A DNA stretch of 64,000 nucleotides from Macrostomum hystrix. Taxonomy: Eukaryota; Animalia; Platyhelminthes. The stretch lies in NCBI GenBank assembly GCA_950097015.1, contig CATNEN010000040.1, positions 248,001 to 312,000 on the forward strand. Direction: 5' to 3'. Under the pieces are notes generated by a model that saw only the letters and a list, made by a program, of their open reading frames with translations, made no database searches and was not told where the DNA came from. The position numbers were made by a program, and so were the translations under genes. This document shows positions 50,256 through 61,810 of the stretch, piece by piece (position 1 is the stretch's first letter; each line of letters starts with the position of its first letter).

Positions 50256-50754
50256 CAGACACGTGCTAATATTTCTACTTATAGTAGTGTGTTCATAAAA
50301 CGGTTTTCAGTTTTTTCTTCTAGCTCACTTTTAAGTAATTGACACATCAAAGTCCATCACAATGATGCAAATTGGCAAATTATTTTCTAGTTTTTTATAG
50401 AAAGGTAGTTAAATTTGACAGCTTAATGGTCAGGTATAAAGCACAATCAATCGATAGGCAAAACAAAAACCCGGTCACTTTTTTAACTGAATAGAAAACA
50501 GTAATTCTGAGTGAAAAACAAGCACTGTGATTCCAAGTAACTGGGGAAATCAGAACGATTGGCAATAAAAAGCAACGCAAATATAATTATTTCACCGACA
50601 CTATTATGAATAGTTATTCTAACGACGCCACTAGAGCATATTAGCTGGTGACTTGAGAAAAAAAGCCAGCTCAAACCCCCTTAACTGTCCTAGACCTGGC
50701 ACACGAGTGGTGAGAGACCTGCTACAGCCCTCCCACAAGCTAGCTAGTGGGCGG

Positions 50755-51215
50755 GGGTTGTAGTCTAGTGGGGGTTGTAGCCTAGCTGGGGTTGTAGACT
50801 AGTGGGGTTGTAGCCTAGCGGGGGTTGCAGCCTAGTGAGGGTTGCAGCCTAGTGGGGGTTGTAGCCTAGCGGGGGTTGCAGCCTAGTGGGGTTGTAGCCT
50901 AGTGGGGTTGTAGCCTAGTGGGGGTTGCAGCCTAGTGGGGGTTGTAGCCTAGCGGGGGTTGCAGCCTAGTGGGGTTGTAGCCTAGTGGGGTTGTAGCCTA
51001 GTGGGGGTTGCAGCCTAGTGGGGGTTGTAGCCTAGCGGGGGTTGCAGCCTAGTGGGGTTGTAGCCTAGTGGGGGCTGTAGCCTAGTAGGGTTGTAGAATA
51101 GTGGGGGTTGCAGCCTAGTGGGGTTGTAGCCTAGTGGGTTTGTAGACTAGTGGCGGTTGTAGCCTAGTGGGGTTGTAGAATAGTGGGGGTTGCAGCCTAG
51201 TGGGACTTGTAGCAT
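50755..51215 (+). repeat. 17-18-bp minisatellite (ggggttgtagcctagtg)n derived from the SINE B 5' end
   Basis: The unit equals the start of the adjacent SINE B head and contains the A-box TAGCCTAGTGG. Confidence 0.9.
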
Positions 51216-51470
51216 AGTGGTTAGAGCGCCGGACTCACGACTTAAAGATAGAGGGTTCGATTCCCAACTAGAAAAATTTGTGTCCTCAAGCAAGACAGCC
51301 TGTGTCCTTATCTGCGCCATAATTAGCTGGGGTAATTAATGGTGGTGTGGCATTCCACCAGTCCATGGACTAGACGCAGCCTTCAGATGCGCAGCGCAAT
51401 AGCTGCGGCTGTGCTGTAGGCTGCAAATCTGGCCCGATTGATCAACTATTGCCATATTAATTAATTAAAA
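51200..51470 (+). mobile_element. tRNA-derived SINE family B (Meta-domain-like core)
   Basis: Head tagtggttagagcgccggactcacgactt..ggttcgattccc and core tgtgtcctcaagcaagac. The 3' part gcagccttcagatgcgcagcgcaatagctgcggctgtgctg is shared with 62045-62345. Confidence 0.8.
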
Positions 51471-51667
51471 TTTTGCAATACTAAATGACAAAATTGCAAG
51501 ACTTTTATGAAGGCATAATTATTTTGGTCATCGAGCACTACTAAAAGTAGTTTCTATCTGAATAATATGTACAGACTTTTTGGCCTGGCAAAAAGACAAA
51601 TCAGAGGATTGACATGCTTTTTGAAGTCAAACACTATATTCCTAAATGATTGTATTGATTCGTGCTA

Positions 51668-52548
51668 TCAGGATGACTGCAAAGCCCATGTCCTGGTCAC
51701 CAGATCCAGCTCCATCTTCAGCAATTGATTCTGCTCTCGCTGACTCTCCAGAGCATTGCGCAACTTGGCCGCGTCACTGCCATTCTCCTCGGCATCACTG
51801 TCACAGCCGGTCGACGCTGCTTCAAGCTGAGCTATGCGCCGCTTAGCCGCCTCCAGCTGCGCCTCGGCCCGGTCCAGCCGACTGTCCGAATCGTCGCAGC
51901 GTCGGAGGGCGCCGTCTAGCTGGCGACGCAATTCGTCCAATTGGCGAGCTGTTTGAGCTGCGAGCCAATCCGAGTCGCACAGCTTGCGCTCAGCTGACCG
52001 GCGCTGTTCCTGCAGCGAATGCCAGTTTTGTTAGTTTTTTTCAGTTTTCAAGCTTCGAGCTTTCAAGTATTCGCTGGCTAAGTGACCAGGGCACGGATTC
52101 GAACTCATGACCCTTGGTGGGAGAGTGGAACCTCAGAACGTAATAAAACATACTAATAGTACTGTAAGATTTATTTCGGCGCAGACTGTAGAATCTAAGC
52201 TACAGATATTGTATTCACCACAGTATTAAAATTATTCCTAACCTGTTCCATGTGAAGCAGCTGCATCACCTGCTGCATCTCAGCTTTGAGTTCCTCTTCC
52301 TGAACCAAAAACAGCTCCTGTTGTTCTACTACTGGTAGAGAGGGCATGCCCTCCTCGGCGGAAAAGTACAGCCGCAGCGGCTGCAGCCTCGACCTGGTCC
52401 TGCAAGCCGGACAGATGGACTGGCCGCCGCAGCTGCGCAGCCAGTCGCCAACGCAGCCAGAGTGAAACACGTGGCCGCAGTTGGGCAGGGCGGAGCAGTC
52501 GCTCTCGCCGTCCAGCTGAGCGCGACAGATCGGACAGTTTATTTGAGC
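51668..52548 (-). CDS. RING-H2 plus coiled-coil E3 ligase candidate (TRAIP-like layout, ~216 aa)
   Basis: Exons 52548-52243 and 52009-51668: AQINCPICRAQL..LPNCGHVFHSGCVGDWL..CPACR (C3H2C3) followed by a heptad-rich region. No in-frame ATG before the acceptor. Confidence 0.82.
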
Positions 52549-52664
52549 CTGCGGATCAAGCAGGACACATGCGCTTTTCTAGACATATAGGTTTAACGAG
52601 ATCAACTACAGAAAGACTCTACTAAGGTACCTATAGTACGCTTTTACACTTGAAATATTCATAG

Positions 52665-53105
52665 GAGGGTTTAGCCTAGCCTAGCGGTTAGAGCAGGGTC
52701 GGCAAACTCCGGCCCGCGGGCCAGATGGGGGCCCTCGAAGCTCCCAAATCCGGCCCGTTGCCCCTTCTGACATCTACAGTGTCCTGTTTCATCTCTCCCG
52801 TGTCTAATCTCTCCTGTGGCTCATCTCTCCCCTGTCTTATCTCTCCCGTGTCTAATCTCTCCCCTCTCTTATCTCTCCCGTGTCTAATCTCTCCCGCCTT
52901 ATCTCATATTTATACAGTCAATGCGGCCCGCTGTCGTCTTTTAGGTTCTCTCTTTGGCCCGCCAGCAAATAAGTTTGCCTACCCCTGGGTTAGAGCGTCG
53001 GACTCACAACTTGAAGGTCGGGGGTTCGATTCCAGACTCCCTTGGAACAATTTGTCCTTTAGCAACACTCTGCATTGCTTCTGTTCTCACAGTTGTTAAA
53101 CGGGA
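52665..53105 (+). mobile_element. SINE family B copy interrupted by a MITE
   Basis: Head tagcctagcggttagag resumes after the insertion as cgtcggactcacaacttgaaggtcggggttcgattcc..aatttgtcctttagcaa. Confidence 0.8.
52694..52987. mobile_element. Non-autonomous hAT (Charlie-like) MITE, 294 bp
   Basis: TIRs CAGGGTCGGCAAAC and GTTTGCCTACCCCTG, subterminal CGGCCCG motifs, and a perfect 8-bp TSD GGTTAGAG at 52686-52693 and 52988-52995. Confidence 0.92.
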
Positions 53106-54073
53106 ATTAATTGGGATTAAGATATCTCGCAAAACTGGTTGCTTCAACGAATTTTAGAAAGCTTAGTTTATGAGTAATCGATCTTCATTTTATCCTTTAT
53201 TTATCACGAAGCACAATAGCCTGTCAATAGCTATCTCGTGACTAACTCAATTTTACAGTCAAAATCAAAGTTTTCTAATCAAGTATAAGTGTATTACGAG
53301 AACTATGTAGAATGGCTTCACTAACAAATCAGTAGACCAAGCTGTAGCCTAAATCGGTTGGTTGGTTGGTGATTGGTTGCTATTGTGATTCATGATAAAT
53401 AAACGAAAAATTAAGAAAAATTATTCATGAATAAAGCTTTCTGAAATTCGTTAGAAAGTTTCTATTCCTATCTAGTGCGTTATTCCGGGAAAATCTGCAT
53501 TTAATAAATTTTTCCAAGAAACGAAAACGAATTCTTGCAGCCAAGTGGTTAGAGCTTTATAATTATTGTCAGCACAAGGTAAAAGTTTGAGCAAGACACT
53601 TAATTCCACTAGTACTCGTACTTCAGCTCGCCCAGCTGTAGAATACGATAATCCCCATGTCCATGGACTGAACAGCCATGTCATTCATTTCTATCTTTAG
53701 TTTTGAATACCGCTCCTTCATGTAATGAAGTCCAATTGAGAAATGAGAAAAGAGCAGGTCTGTCAGAGCAGCAAACATGAGTCCAGTCAGTCGCACTTAA
53801 TGCTGTTTATTTATTCCTTGTCAGTTATTTAGTTAGTTAAATGATCATACATAACGAAATGCCAAAAAATTTACACATTCCTGCGGCTAAAAGTAGTAAT
53901 GGTTTGTAATGGTTTCAAGCATTCAAGCATGGTTTAGCAGGAACTTATCTTAAAACGATGTTAGATAACATTGGACAGTGATTTTATTTAGCAAATTACA
54001 ATACCTTCCAAAGAGTTGACGAAATCATGAAACAACAAGCAGAAGACAAAGAGAAATGCAGCAAAATGCTGGC

Positions 54074-57000
54074 TTAACGGCTCGCTTTCTTCCCCTTCCC
54101 CCTTGTCTTTGGCTTCCCGCCAGAGTCGGCGCTGCCGCTGCCGCAGCCACCTATGGCTCGGAACCAGTTCCTCTGCTGCTGCTGCTGATGCTGAGCATTG
54201 CGACTCCCACTACCGGCCACTTCCAGTCGTTTCTGAACTCGATTCAACGACTGCTCAGCGGCCCTCTGGGCGGACTCCAGCCGCTCCTCCTGCAGCACGG
54301 CTGACACGTCCGGCTCCAGGGCGGCGATGCGGTCGCGGTAACTGGCGATGACCGATTTGGGCACAATGCGCAGCTTCACAGGGATTGGCGCCTTGCGCAC
54401 AATCTGCTTCAGCAGCGGCCGCTCCGCCTCTCCGGCCAGGCTGATGGCCAGGCCCTGCTTGCCGGCGCGGGCTGTGCGGCCCACCCGGTGAGTGTACACC
54501 TGCCAGGTGGGGTTTGGCTCAAATCTTAAATGGGAAACACGCGATAACTCCTAAAAACTCATAAATACCAACGGAAAACACACAGGAAAATCCGCAACGA
54601 AAAGCAACCTAAAATCCCAATGAAAAAATCACAATCCTGAATGGAAAAGACGCCACAATACTAATAGAAACCATGCTAATGAAATCATCCTGATGAAAAC
54701 CATGCTAAAATCCCAAATGGAAAACACGCTAAAATCCTGATGAAAACCATGCTAAAATCCCAAATGGAAAACACGCTAAAATCCTGATGAAAACCATGCT
54801 AAAATCCCAAATGGAAAACACGCTAAAATCCTGATGAAAACCATGCTAAAATCCCAAATGGAAAACACGCTAAAATCCCAAATGGAAAACACGCTAAAAT
54901 CCCAAATGGAAAACACGCTAAAATCCCAAATGGAAACCAGCTAAAATCACAATGGAAAACACGCTAAAATCCCAAATGGAAACCAGCTAAAATCCCAATG
55001 GAAAACACGCTAAAATCCCAAATGGAAACCAGCTAAAATCACAATGGAAAACACGCTAAAATCCCAAATGGAAAACACGCTAAAATCCCAATGGAAAACA
55101 CGCTAAAATCCCAAATGGAAAACACGCTAAAATCCCAAATGGAAACCAGCTAAAATCACAATGGAAAACACGCTAAAATCCCAAATGGAAAACACGCTAA
55201 AATCCCAAATGGAAACCAGCTAAAATCCCAATGGAAAACACGCTAAAATCCCAAATGGAAAACACGCTAAAATCCTGATGAAAACCATGCTAAAATCCCA
55301 AATGGAAAACACGCTAAAATCCCAATGGAAACCAGCTAAAATCCCAATGGAAATCATGCTAAAATCCTGAAGAAAACCATGCTAAAATCCCAAATGGAAA
55401 ACACGCTAAAATCCCAAATGGAAACCAGCTAAAATCCCAATGGAAACCAGCTAAAATCCCAATGGAAACCAGCTAAAATCCCAATGGAAAACACGCTAAA
55501 ATCCCAATAGAAATCATGCTAAAATCCTGAAGAAAACCATGCTAAAATCCCAATGGAAAACACGCTAAAATCCCAATAGAAATCATGCTAAAATCCTGAA
55601 GAAAACCATGCTAAAATCCCAAATGGAAAACACGCTAAAATCCCAAATGGAAACCAGCTAAAATCCCAATGGAAAACACGCTAAAATCCCAAATGGAAAA
55701 CACGCTAAAATACTAAATGGAAACCAGCTAAAATCCCAAATGGAAAACACGCTAAAATCCCAATAGAAATCATGCTAAAATCCTGATGAAAACCATGCTA
55801 AAATCCCAAATGGAAAACACGCTAAAATCCCAAATGGAAAACACGCTAAAATCCCAAATGGAAAACACGCTAAAATACTAAATGGAAACCAGCTAAAATC
55901 CCAAATGGAAAACACGCTAAAATCCCAATAGAAATCATGCTAAAATCCTGATGAAAACCATGCTAAAATCCCAAATGGAAAACACGCTAAAATCCCAAAT
56001 GGAAAACACGCTAAAATCCCAAATGGAAAACACGCTAAAATCCCAAATGGAAAACAAGCTAAAATCCTAAATGGAAAACACGCTAAAATCCCAATGGAAA
56101 ACACCATAAGGCGGGAAGCACACTAAAACGCAATGAGGTACACCTAAGCAGTAACCAAATGGTCGCCAGAAGTAATGTGTGCACTAGTCAGCAAATGACC
56201 TTGAGCGAATCCGGCAGGCTGTAGTTAATGACGGTGCGCACACCCTCGATATCCAGGCCTCTGGAGACCAGATCCGTGGCCAGCAACACGCCAACCTCGG
56301 CCTTATGGAATCTGTCCAGGGCCTCCAATCGTTGGACCTGACTCAGGGAGCTGTGCAGCTCGGCGCAGGACACGCCCAGCAGGCCCAGCAGGACGTGCAT
56401 TCGGTGGCACAGCCGGCGGGTGGGGCAGAACACAATGCAGCGCTCGTTGAAGCTGCGCTGAACCAGTGCGGCAACAACGGCCTCCCGATCTGACTCGCGC
56501 TGCTGCCGGATGCGGACAAACTCCTGCTGCAGGCGGAGGGTGACGTCGGCCCGGTCGCTTAGGAACAGCTTCACCGGATTGCGCAGTGCCATGGCGGACA
56601 GCTCGCGAACATCGTCTGTCATAGTGGCGCTGAATAGCAGCACCTGGCCGGAAATGGGTAATGAGTATGGGTTAAGGGTAATGAGCATTGGATAGGGGTA
56701 ATGAGCAACGGAGAAGGGTAATGAGCAACGGAGAAGGGTAATGAGCAACGGAGAAGGGTAATGAGCATCGGAGAAGTGTAATGAGCATTAGGGAAGGGTA
56801 GTGAGCAACGAAGAAGGGTTATGAGCATTGGATAGGGGTAATGAGCATTGGATAGGGGTAATGAGCATCGGAGAGGGTAATGAGCATCGGAGAGGGTAAT
56901 GAGCATCGGAGAGGGTAATGAGCATCGGAGAGGTAATGAGCATCGGAGAGGGTAATGAGCATCGGAGAGGGTTATGAGCATCAGAGAGGGTTATGAGCAT

Positions 57001-58326
57001 CAGAGAGGGTTATGAGCATCAGAGAGGGTTATGAGCAGTTGGTACAAAGACTGGCAGGGACGTTAAAGCACTAATGTGGAATACAGAAACGAATCTCACC
57101 TGTCTGGTAGGTGAGCACAGGCGGACAATTTCTTTAATCTGCTCAATGAAGAACTCGTCAATAAGCTTGTCAGCTTCGTCTAGCACCAGGATTTCAATGT
57201 TGCGCAGGTGAAAACTTGGCGCATTGTGCGCGTGATCGATGAGTCGGCCTGGAGTGGCAACGACAATATCCGGGCCCTTGAAAAAAAGGAAATTAAAACA
57301 AGAACATTTTGGTTCAAGCCGAAAATTACTACTAACAAGTAGTTTATTAAGACCAACAACAGCCTGTAGAAGTACACTGACCTGCCTGAGCGCAGCCTCC
57401 TGGCCTCTCAGATCCAAACCGCCGGCCGAGAGGCTCAGCGACACCCGCCTGCCGCAGTAGCGCAGCAGCTGCTCAGCCACGCTGTGGATCTGCACCGCCA
57501 GCTCCCTGGTGGGGCTCAGCACCAGGACTCGGGTCACGGGCGGCCCGGCCGGCTTATAGAGCAGGCGCTCGATGACGGGCAACAGGAAGGCGGCCGTCTT
57601 GCCGCTGCCGGTGCGGGCGCAGGCGCAGATGTCGCGCCCGGCCAGGGCCACGGGAATGCAGGCCGCCTGGATTGGCGTCGGGCGCGGCCAGGCGAGCTCG
57701 GCCAGGGCTCGGTGCAGCGGCCGGGACAGGTTCAACGCCAGGAAGCTGGAGCCGGCCGGCAGGTCCGGCTTGTCGATCTCGTCGGCGAAGCCCGGCGTAG
57801 CGGACGCGCCGGCCCGTTTGCGAGCCTTCTTGGCCTTCAGCTTGACTTCGTCGGCGTCGACCAAGTCAGGATCGACGGCGACTGCAGCGGCAGGTTCCGT
57901 CAGGTCCTGATCCGCGTCCGGCTCAGATTCTGCCGGCTTCCGAAGACTCTGCAGTCGGCGCTGAATGAGAGCGTCGACGCTGGTCTTCTCGCCGTGGGCT
58001 CGCAGTCGAATAGGCTCGCCAGGCGGCTCTGGCTGGGGATACGGGTGGGGAGGCTTCGCTGCGGACGCCGCCGGCAGGTCGAATTCGAAGTCGGGATTCA
58101 GCGCGACTTCTTCGTCATCGTCGTCGTTATCAGCGTCGGTGTCTTGCTTATCAAGGCTTTCGTCTCGCATAGAGATATCGGCTGACTCCTGCTGCTGCTG
58201 CTGTTGCTGGCGCAGCTTCCTCTTGGCGCCAGCTTTCTGCTGCTTCTTTTTCTTCTTCGCGTCGCGCCGGCTGTCTAGCGGTGCCTTGCCGGCAGGCCGG
58301 GAAGGCTTCACTGGCTGCGGCTTCAT
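54074..58326 (-). CDS. DDX27: DEAD-box RNA helicase DDX27/Drs1 (~663 aa, 4 exons)
   Basis: Exons 58326-57382, 57276-57100, 56643-56200, 54499-54074. Q motif PTPIQ, ARTGSGKTAAF, PTRELAVQ, TPGRLIDH, DEAD, SAT, ATDLVSRGLDI and HRVGRTARAG. LNLSRPL, LRQEFVRIR and PVKLRIVP are characteristic of DDX27. Confidence 0.95.
54640..56100. repeat. 23-24-bp minisatellite (gctaaaatcccaaatggaaaacac)n in DDX27 intron 3
   Basis: Read directly; about 60 copies in several variant types. Confidence 0.96.
56655..57035. repeat. 19-20-bp minisatellite (gggtaatgagcatcggaga)n in DDX27 intron 2
   Basis: Read directly. Confidence 0.94.
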
Positions 58327-58688
58327 GCTAGATGGAAATGCTGCTTGATGCGGATTGGGGCCGCGGGCTGCGGAACGGGTGGATTTTACACGTTGCTACA
58401 GTTGATATATTAATGTAATTTTAACACCTTATCTATTCACCTGTTTGGTTTTCACTTCTCTCGCTTCTTTCTTTGCTATTTCTTGTTGCTGTTTTTTCAA
58501 ATGCCCCCCACCAATATCCTCAGTCGACAGGCAACGCTTGGTGTCTGCTATAGAGCAGGGGCAACACTAAAAGCCGTAGCAGCTATCCTTCAGGAAGGGT
58601 TCAGGCGTTACCAAAAGGTGTTAAAAAGGAATCGTGCAAAAATGTTTGACTGTTTGATCGTTAGATTGTTATGCCTTCCTAATTCTCG

Positions 58689-58856
58689 TTTTGATTGTCC
58701 TTAACTCTATGGCCGAATAGCTGAGCTGCGCGCGGGAGACCCATCCGATAGCATGAGACCACAGACATTATAATTTTGATTGTCCTTAACTCTATGGCCG
58801 AATAGCTGAGCTGCGCGCGGGAGACCCATCCGATAGCATGAGACCACAGACATTAT
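58689..58856. repeat. Perfect 83-bp tandem direct duplication
   Basis: 58689-58771 equals 58774-58856. Confidence 0.92.
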
Positions 58857-58989
58857 CGTTTTGAATGTCCAAATTATCATTTAGATTGACAATAGCGATA
58901 CTATGCCAGTGACTGCACAGTTACTAGTACACTAGGAACAGCGTACCACCATTGACATCATAGATGACAAATCGGGCATAAGTGGGTCG

Positions 58990-59500
58990 ATGGATGGTAC
59001 CTTGGCTGTTGCGTCCAGAGGACAAGGCTCAAGTGCATCGAATGCTCAGTCAAAGAAGATATATACTATCGACTTGGGACTTAACGAGATGGATATTCCG
59101 ATAGCCCAAAGCCCAATTAGCAGTCCAAGCAAGTTCCGTTCTGAACGCTCTGCAGCGATGTCTCTGTGCCCTTGGATGCTGAAGGAGTTGTAATGGCTGA
59201 TGTCTTGGAAGACCAGCGGACAACCAATGCAGAATGCAGTCTATTTTGAGTCCCTGCTGCGAAAAGAACTGTGGAAAGAACTGACTAGAAAGCGGCTTAG
59301 AAATAATCTTTGTCGGCGATTCCGATTCCACCATCACAACGCAACTGCACACTGCATATTCACATCGAGATGTCTAGATGCGTGAATTTTTTAGCTGTCA
59401 AGAAGGATGCTGCACCGGGGTGTCAGCCACCAGTGTCCAAATTTCTATTCATGTCGCTATTCAGGAGCGACGGCGCCACCGCATCGAGAAGTGTCTAATT
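58990..59500 (+). mobile_element. Probable degenerate Tc1/mariner transposase relic
   Basis: Broken frames give IYTID, KFRSERSA..W, GQPMQNAVYFESLL and RKR..RFHHHNATAH, resembling mariner IxTGD, SAGKVM..W, GQTxNxxYY and HHDNAxxH. Stops and frameshifts are present. Confidence 0.45.
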
Positions 59501-59823
59501 ATGGATGGGGGCTATCACGAAAAATGTCTCTTTATTAGGATTTTTCTAAGAAAAGCTATTTATCATCATTTCTATTCTACTGACCGTCGTACAGCTCACA
59601 CGAGCATTGAACAGCATATTCAACTAACAGATTTTACTTTGGCAAGGATAAATAAGATCTCTGAGGCCACAGTTTTAGGGAAGAAAAATCAATGATTTAT
59701 ATCTAGCAAAGCAAACTCATCCAGGAGTATTATTCGCAAAACAGACTACTCACACAAGTAGATTAACAAGAATGTATATAAGGAAATGCATGGCAAAAAT
59801 GGAAAAATGCTGTTAAAGCTATA

Positions 59824-61161
59824 TTAAAGAGGCCGCGATCGCAAAAGCAGCAGGGAGTGCTGCCGCGGATCCGCAAACTCCGGCAGCGGCTGAACATCCT
59901 CGCAGCGCCATTCCAGCCAATCAGAAGATGCCGCCGCCTTCACTCGATCGAAGAAGGCCACCTCGCCAGCCAATCCGCGCCGCTTGTAAACAAACGCGCA
60001 GACAAGGCCGGCGGCATACGATCGCGATTTCAAAAGCGGCAGCAGAATGACATCAAACAGCGCCACCGAGGCGGCAACATCAAAGAACAAATCGGCGCCA
60101 ATCACAGCCAGCCAATCGCGGCCAAGAAGCAGCTCGTGATCTGGCCGGGCCCAGTCCAGGGCGGCAACTTCAATCGCGCTTAACTCCGGGATTGTGGCGG
60201 AGTTGGCGGCGAGTGAGTGGCGCAGATGCGGCAGAGCGTTGACGGCGTCGGTGGCGACCACGTTGGCACCGCGACAGGCGCAAACTAGCGAGGGCAGGCC
60301 GCAGCCGGCGCCCAGCTCCAGGACGGGCCGGGTCTGGCCGGATAGTGAACGGAGCTCAGGCGGCAGGCAGTCGGCTGAGCGGTCAATTAGAGAGGCCTGT
60401 ATTGTTCGCGAAGTGGGAAACGTAGGATTCTCTACTCTACTCTCACCTCATTCTTGCTAATTCATTTTCCCATATTCTTTCTTCACAGTTTTCTCTATAT
60501 TCATTTTGCCTTCTTAACTATCACTTTTTCTTCTCTCCTCATCTCTTTCCGGTTTTCCCGTTTATCATCTCTTACAGTATCTATTCTCCGCTTCTTATCT
60601 CTCCCTATTCTCCGCTTCTTATCTCTCCCTATTCTCCGCTTCTTATCTCTCCCTATTCTCCGCTTCTTATCTCTCCCTATTCTCCGCTTCTTATCTCTCC
60701 CTATTCTCCGCTTCTTATCTCTCCCTATTCTCTGCTTCTTATCTCTCCCTATTCTCCGCTTCTTATCTCTCCCTATTCTCCGCTTCTTAACTCTCCCTAT
60801 TCTCCGCTTCTTATCTCTCCCTATTGTCCGCTTCTTATCTCTCCCTATTGTCCGCTTCTTATCTCTCCCTATTCTCCGCTTCTTATCTCTCCCTACTCTA
60901 TCCTCCTAATCTCACTCTATTCTCCCCTTCTCATATCTCCTTATTCTCCCCTTCCCATCTCTCCCTACTCTCCCCCCAGCTCACCAGCAGGAAGCCGGCA
61001 CTCCACAGCCGCAGTCCTGTGTTACCCTGGGCGGGTCCAATTGGGCCGCTAGTCAAGTCCTGCCGAACCGCCAGACGCCGGCCGGCCAAACAGAAGTTGC
61101 GCAGCGGACTGTCGCGCTCGTCGGCGTAGGGACTGTCGAAACGCCAGGGCACTAGCGACAT
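59824..61161 (-). CDS. Class I SAM-dependent protein-lysine methyltransferase, METTL21/22/23-like (family 16; ~249 aa, 2 exons)
   Basis: Exons 61161-60985 and 60396-59824. TGLRLWSAGFLL|A, motif I VLELGAGCGLPSL, VVATD, ALDW and IGADLFFD. Confidence 0.88.
60590..60960. repeat. 24-bp minisatellite (attctccgcttcttatctctccct)n in the methyltransferase intron
   Basis: Read directly. Confidence 0.94.
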
Positions 61162-61810
61162 GGTAGGCGGTCAGGTAGATTGGGGAACGGCCTGTCCTGG
61201 CTGAAAGCTGTTTGGGTTTTTAATACATTTAATTTTATAGTAGTAAGCTTTTAAATATAATTTAAAATGACTTTTTTTAAACTACGAATGTTCTTGTTCT
61301 AATACTGTAGAAGAAAAAATCATTTGGATTTGTAAGTGAAGATTATATAGAAGTAAAATAGTGAGATAAAAATAGCGAATGTATCTTTTTAATACCGGAA
61401 AAAAGACATTAACTAGTGACAGAAATAAAAAAATTCATAAAAACTTTAAGAAAAGTGCAAAGCTAGAAGAGTACCAAAATAGAAGATAAAAAACTATAGT
61501 TACAAGAAGTCTTAAAAAATAAAAAAGTCTACGAAAGCATTTAGCTCGTGTATAAGAGTAGCAAAAATCAAATCAACATTTTTATGTGAAAAAACGCGAA
61601 AATTTCCTATCTCGCTAGTGCATTTTGCGTTAAAATCTGCCTTTTAAAATTTTTCCAAGAAACAAAGTGTCCCGTAATTCTTCTAATGGTCCTTGGTGCA
61701 GCAATCATCGCAGCATTATAGCGTTCTAGCATTAGGATGCGATTCAGAACATAATTGTTTCCCCGAACCACAGATCTAAGAAGCTAGGGATAAGTCATAT
61801 GCGATTCAAG

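Noticed and set aside
51215-51270. tRNA genes at the A/B-box sites (also 8745, 49886, 52990, 62290)
   Set aside because: No complete cloverleaf or acceptor stem. Each continues into a shared non-tRNA body and AT tail, so they are SINE heads.
53472-53684. 70-aa ORF in the DDX27-RING gap with short similarity to ~61610-61670
   Set aside because: AT-rich with a TTG-type start and no motif. The similarity is too short to define an element.
57484-58348. Plus-strand ORFs antisense to DDX27 (and similar ones opposite ALKBH4, the TIR gene and the membrane protein)
   Set aside because: Typical shadow ORFs of GC-rich coding exons.
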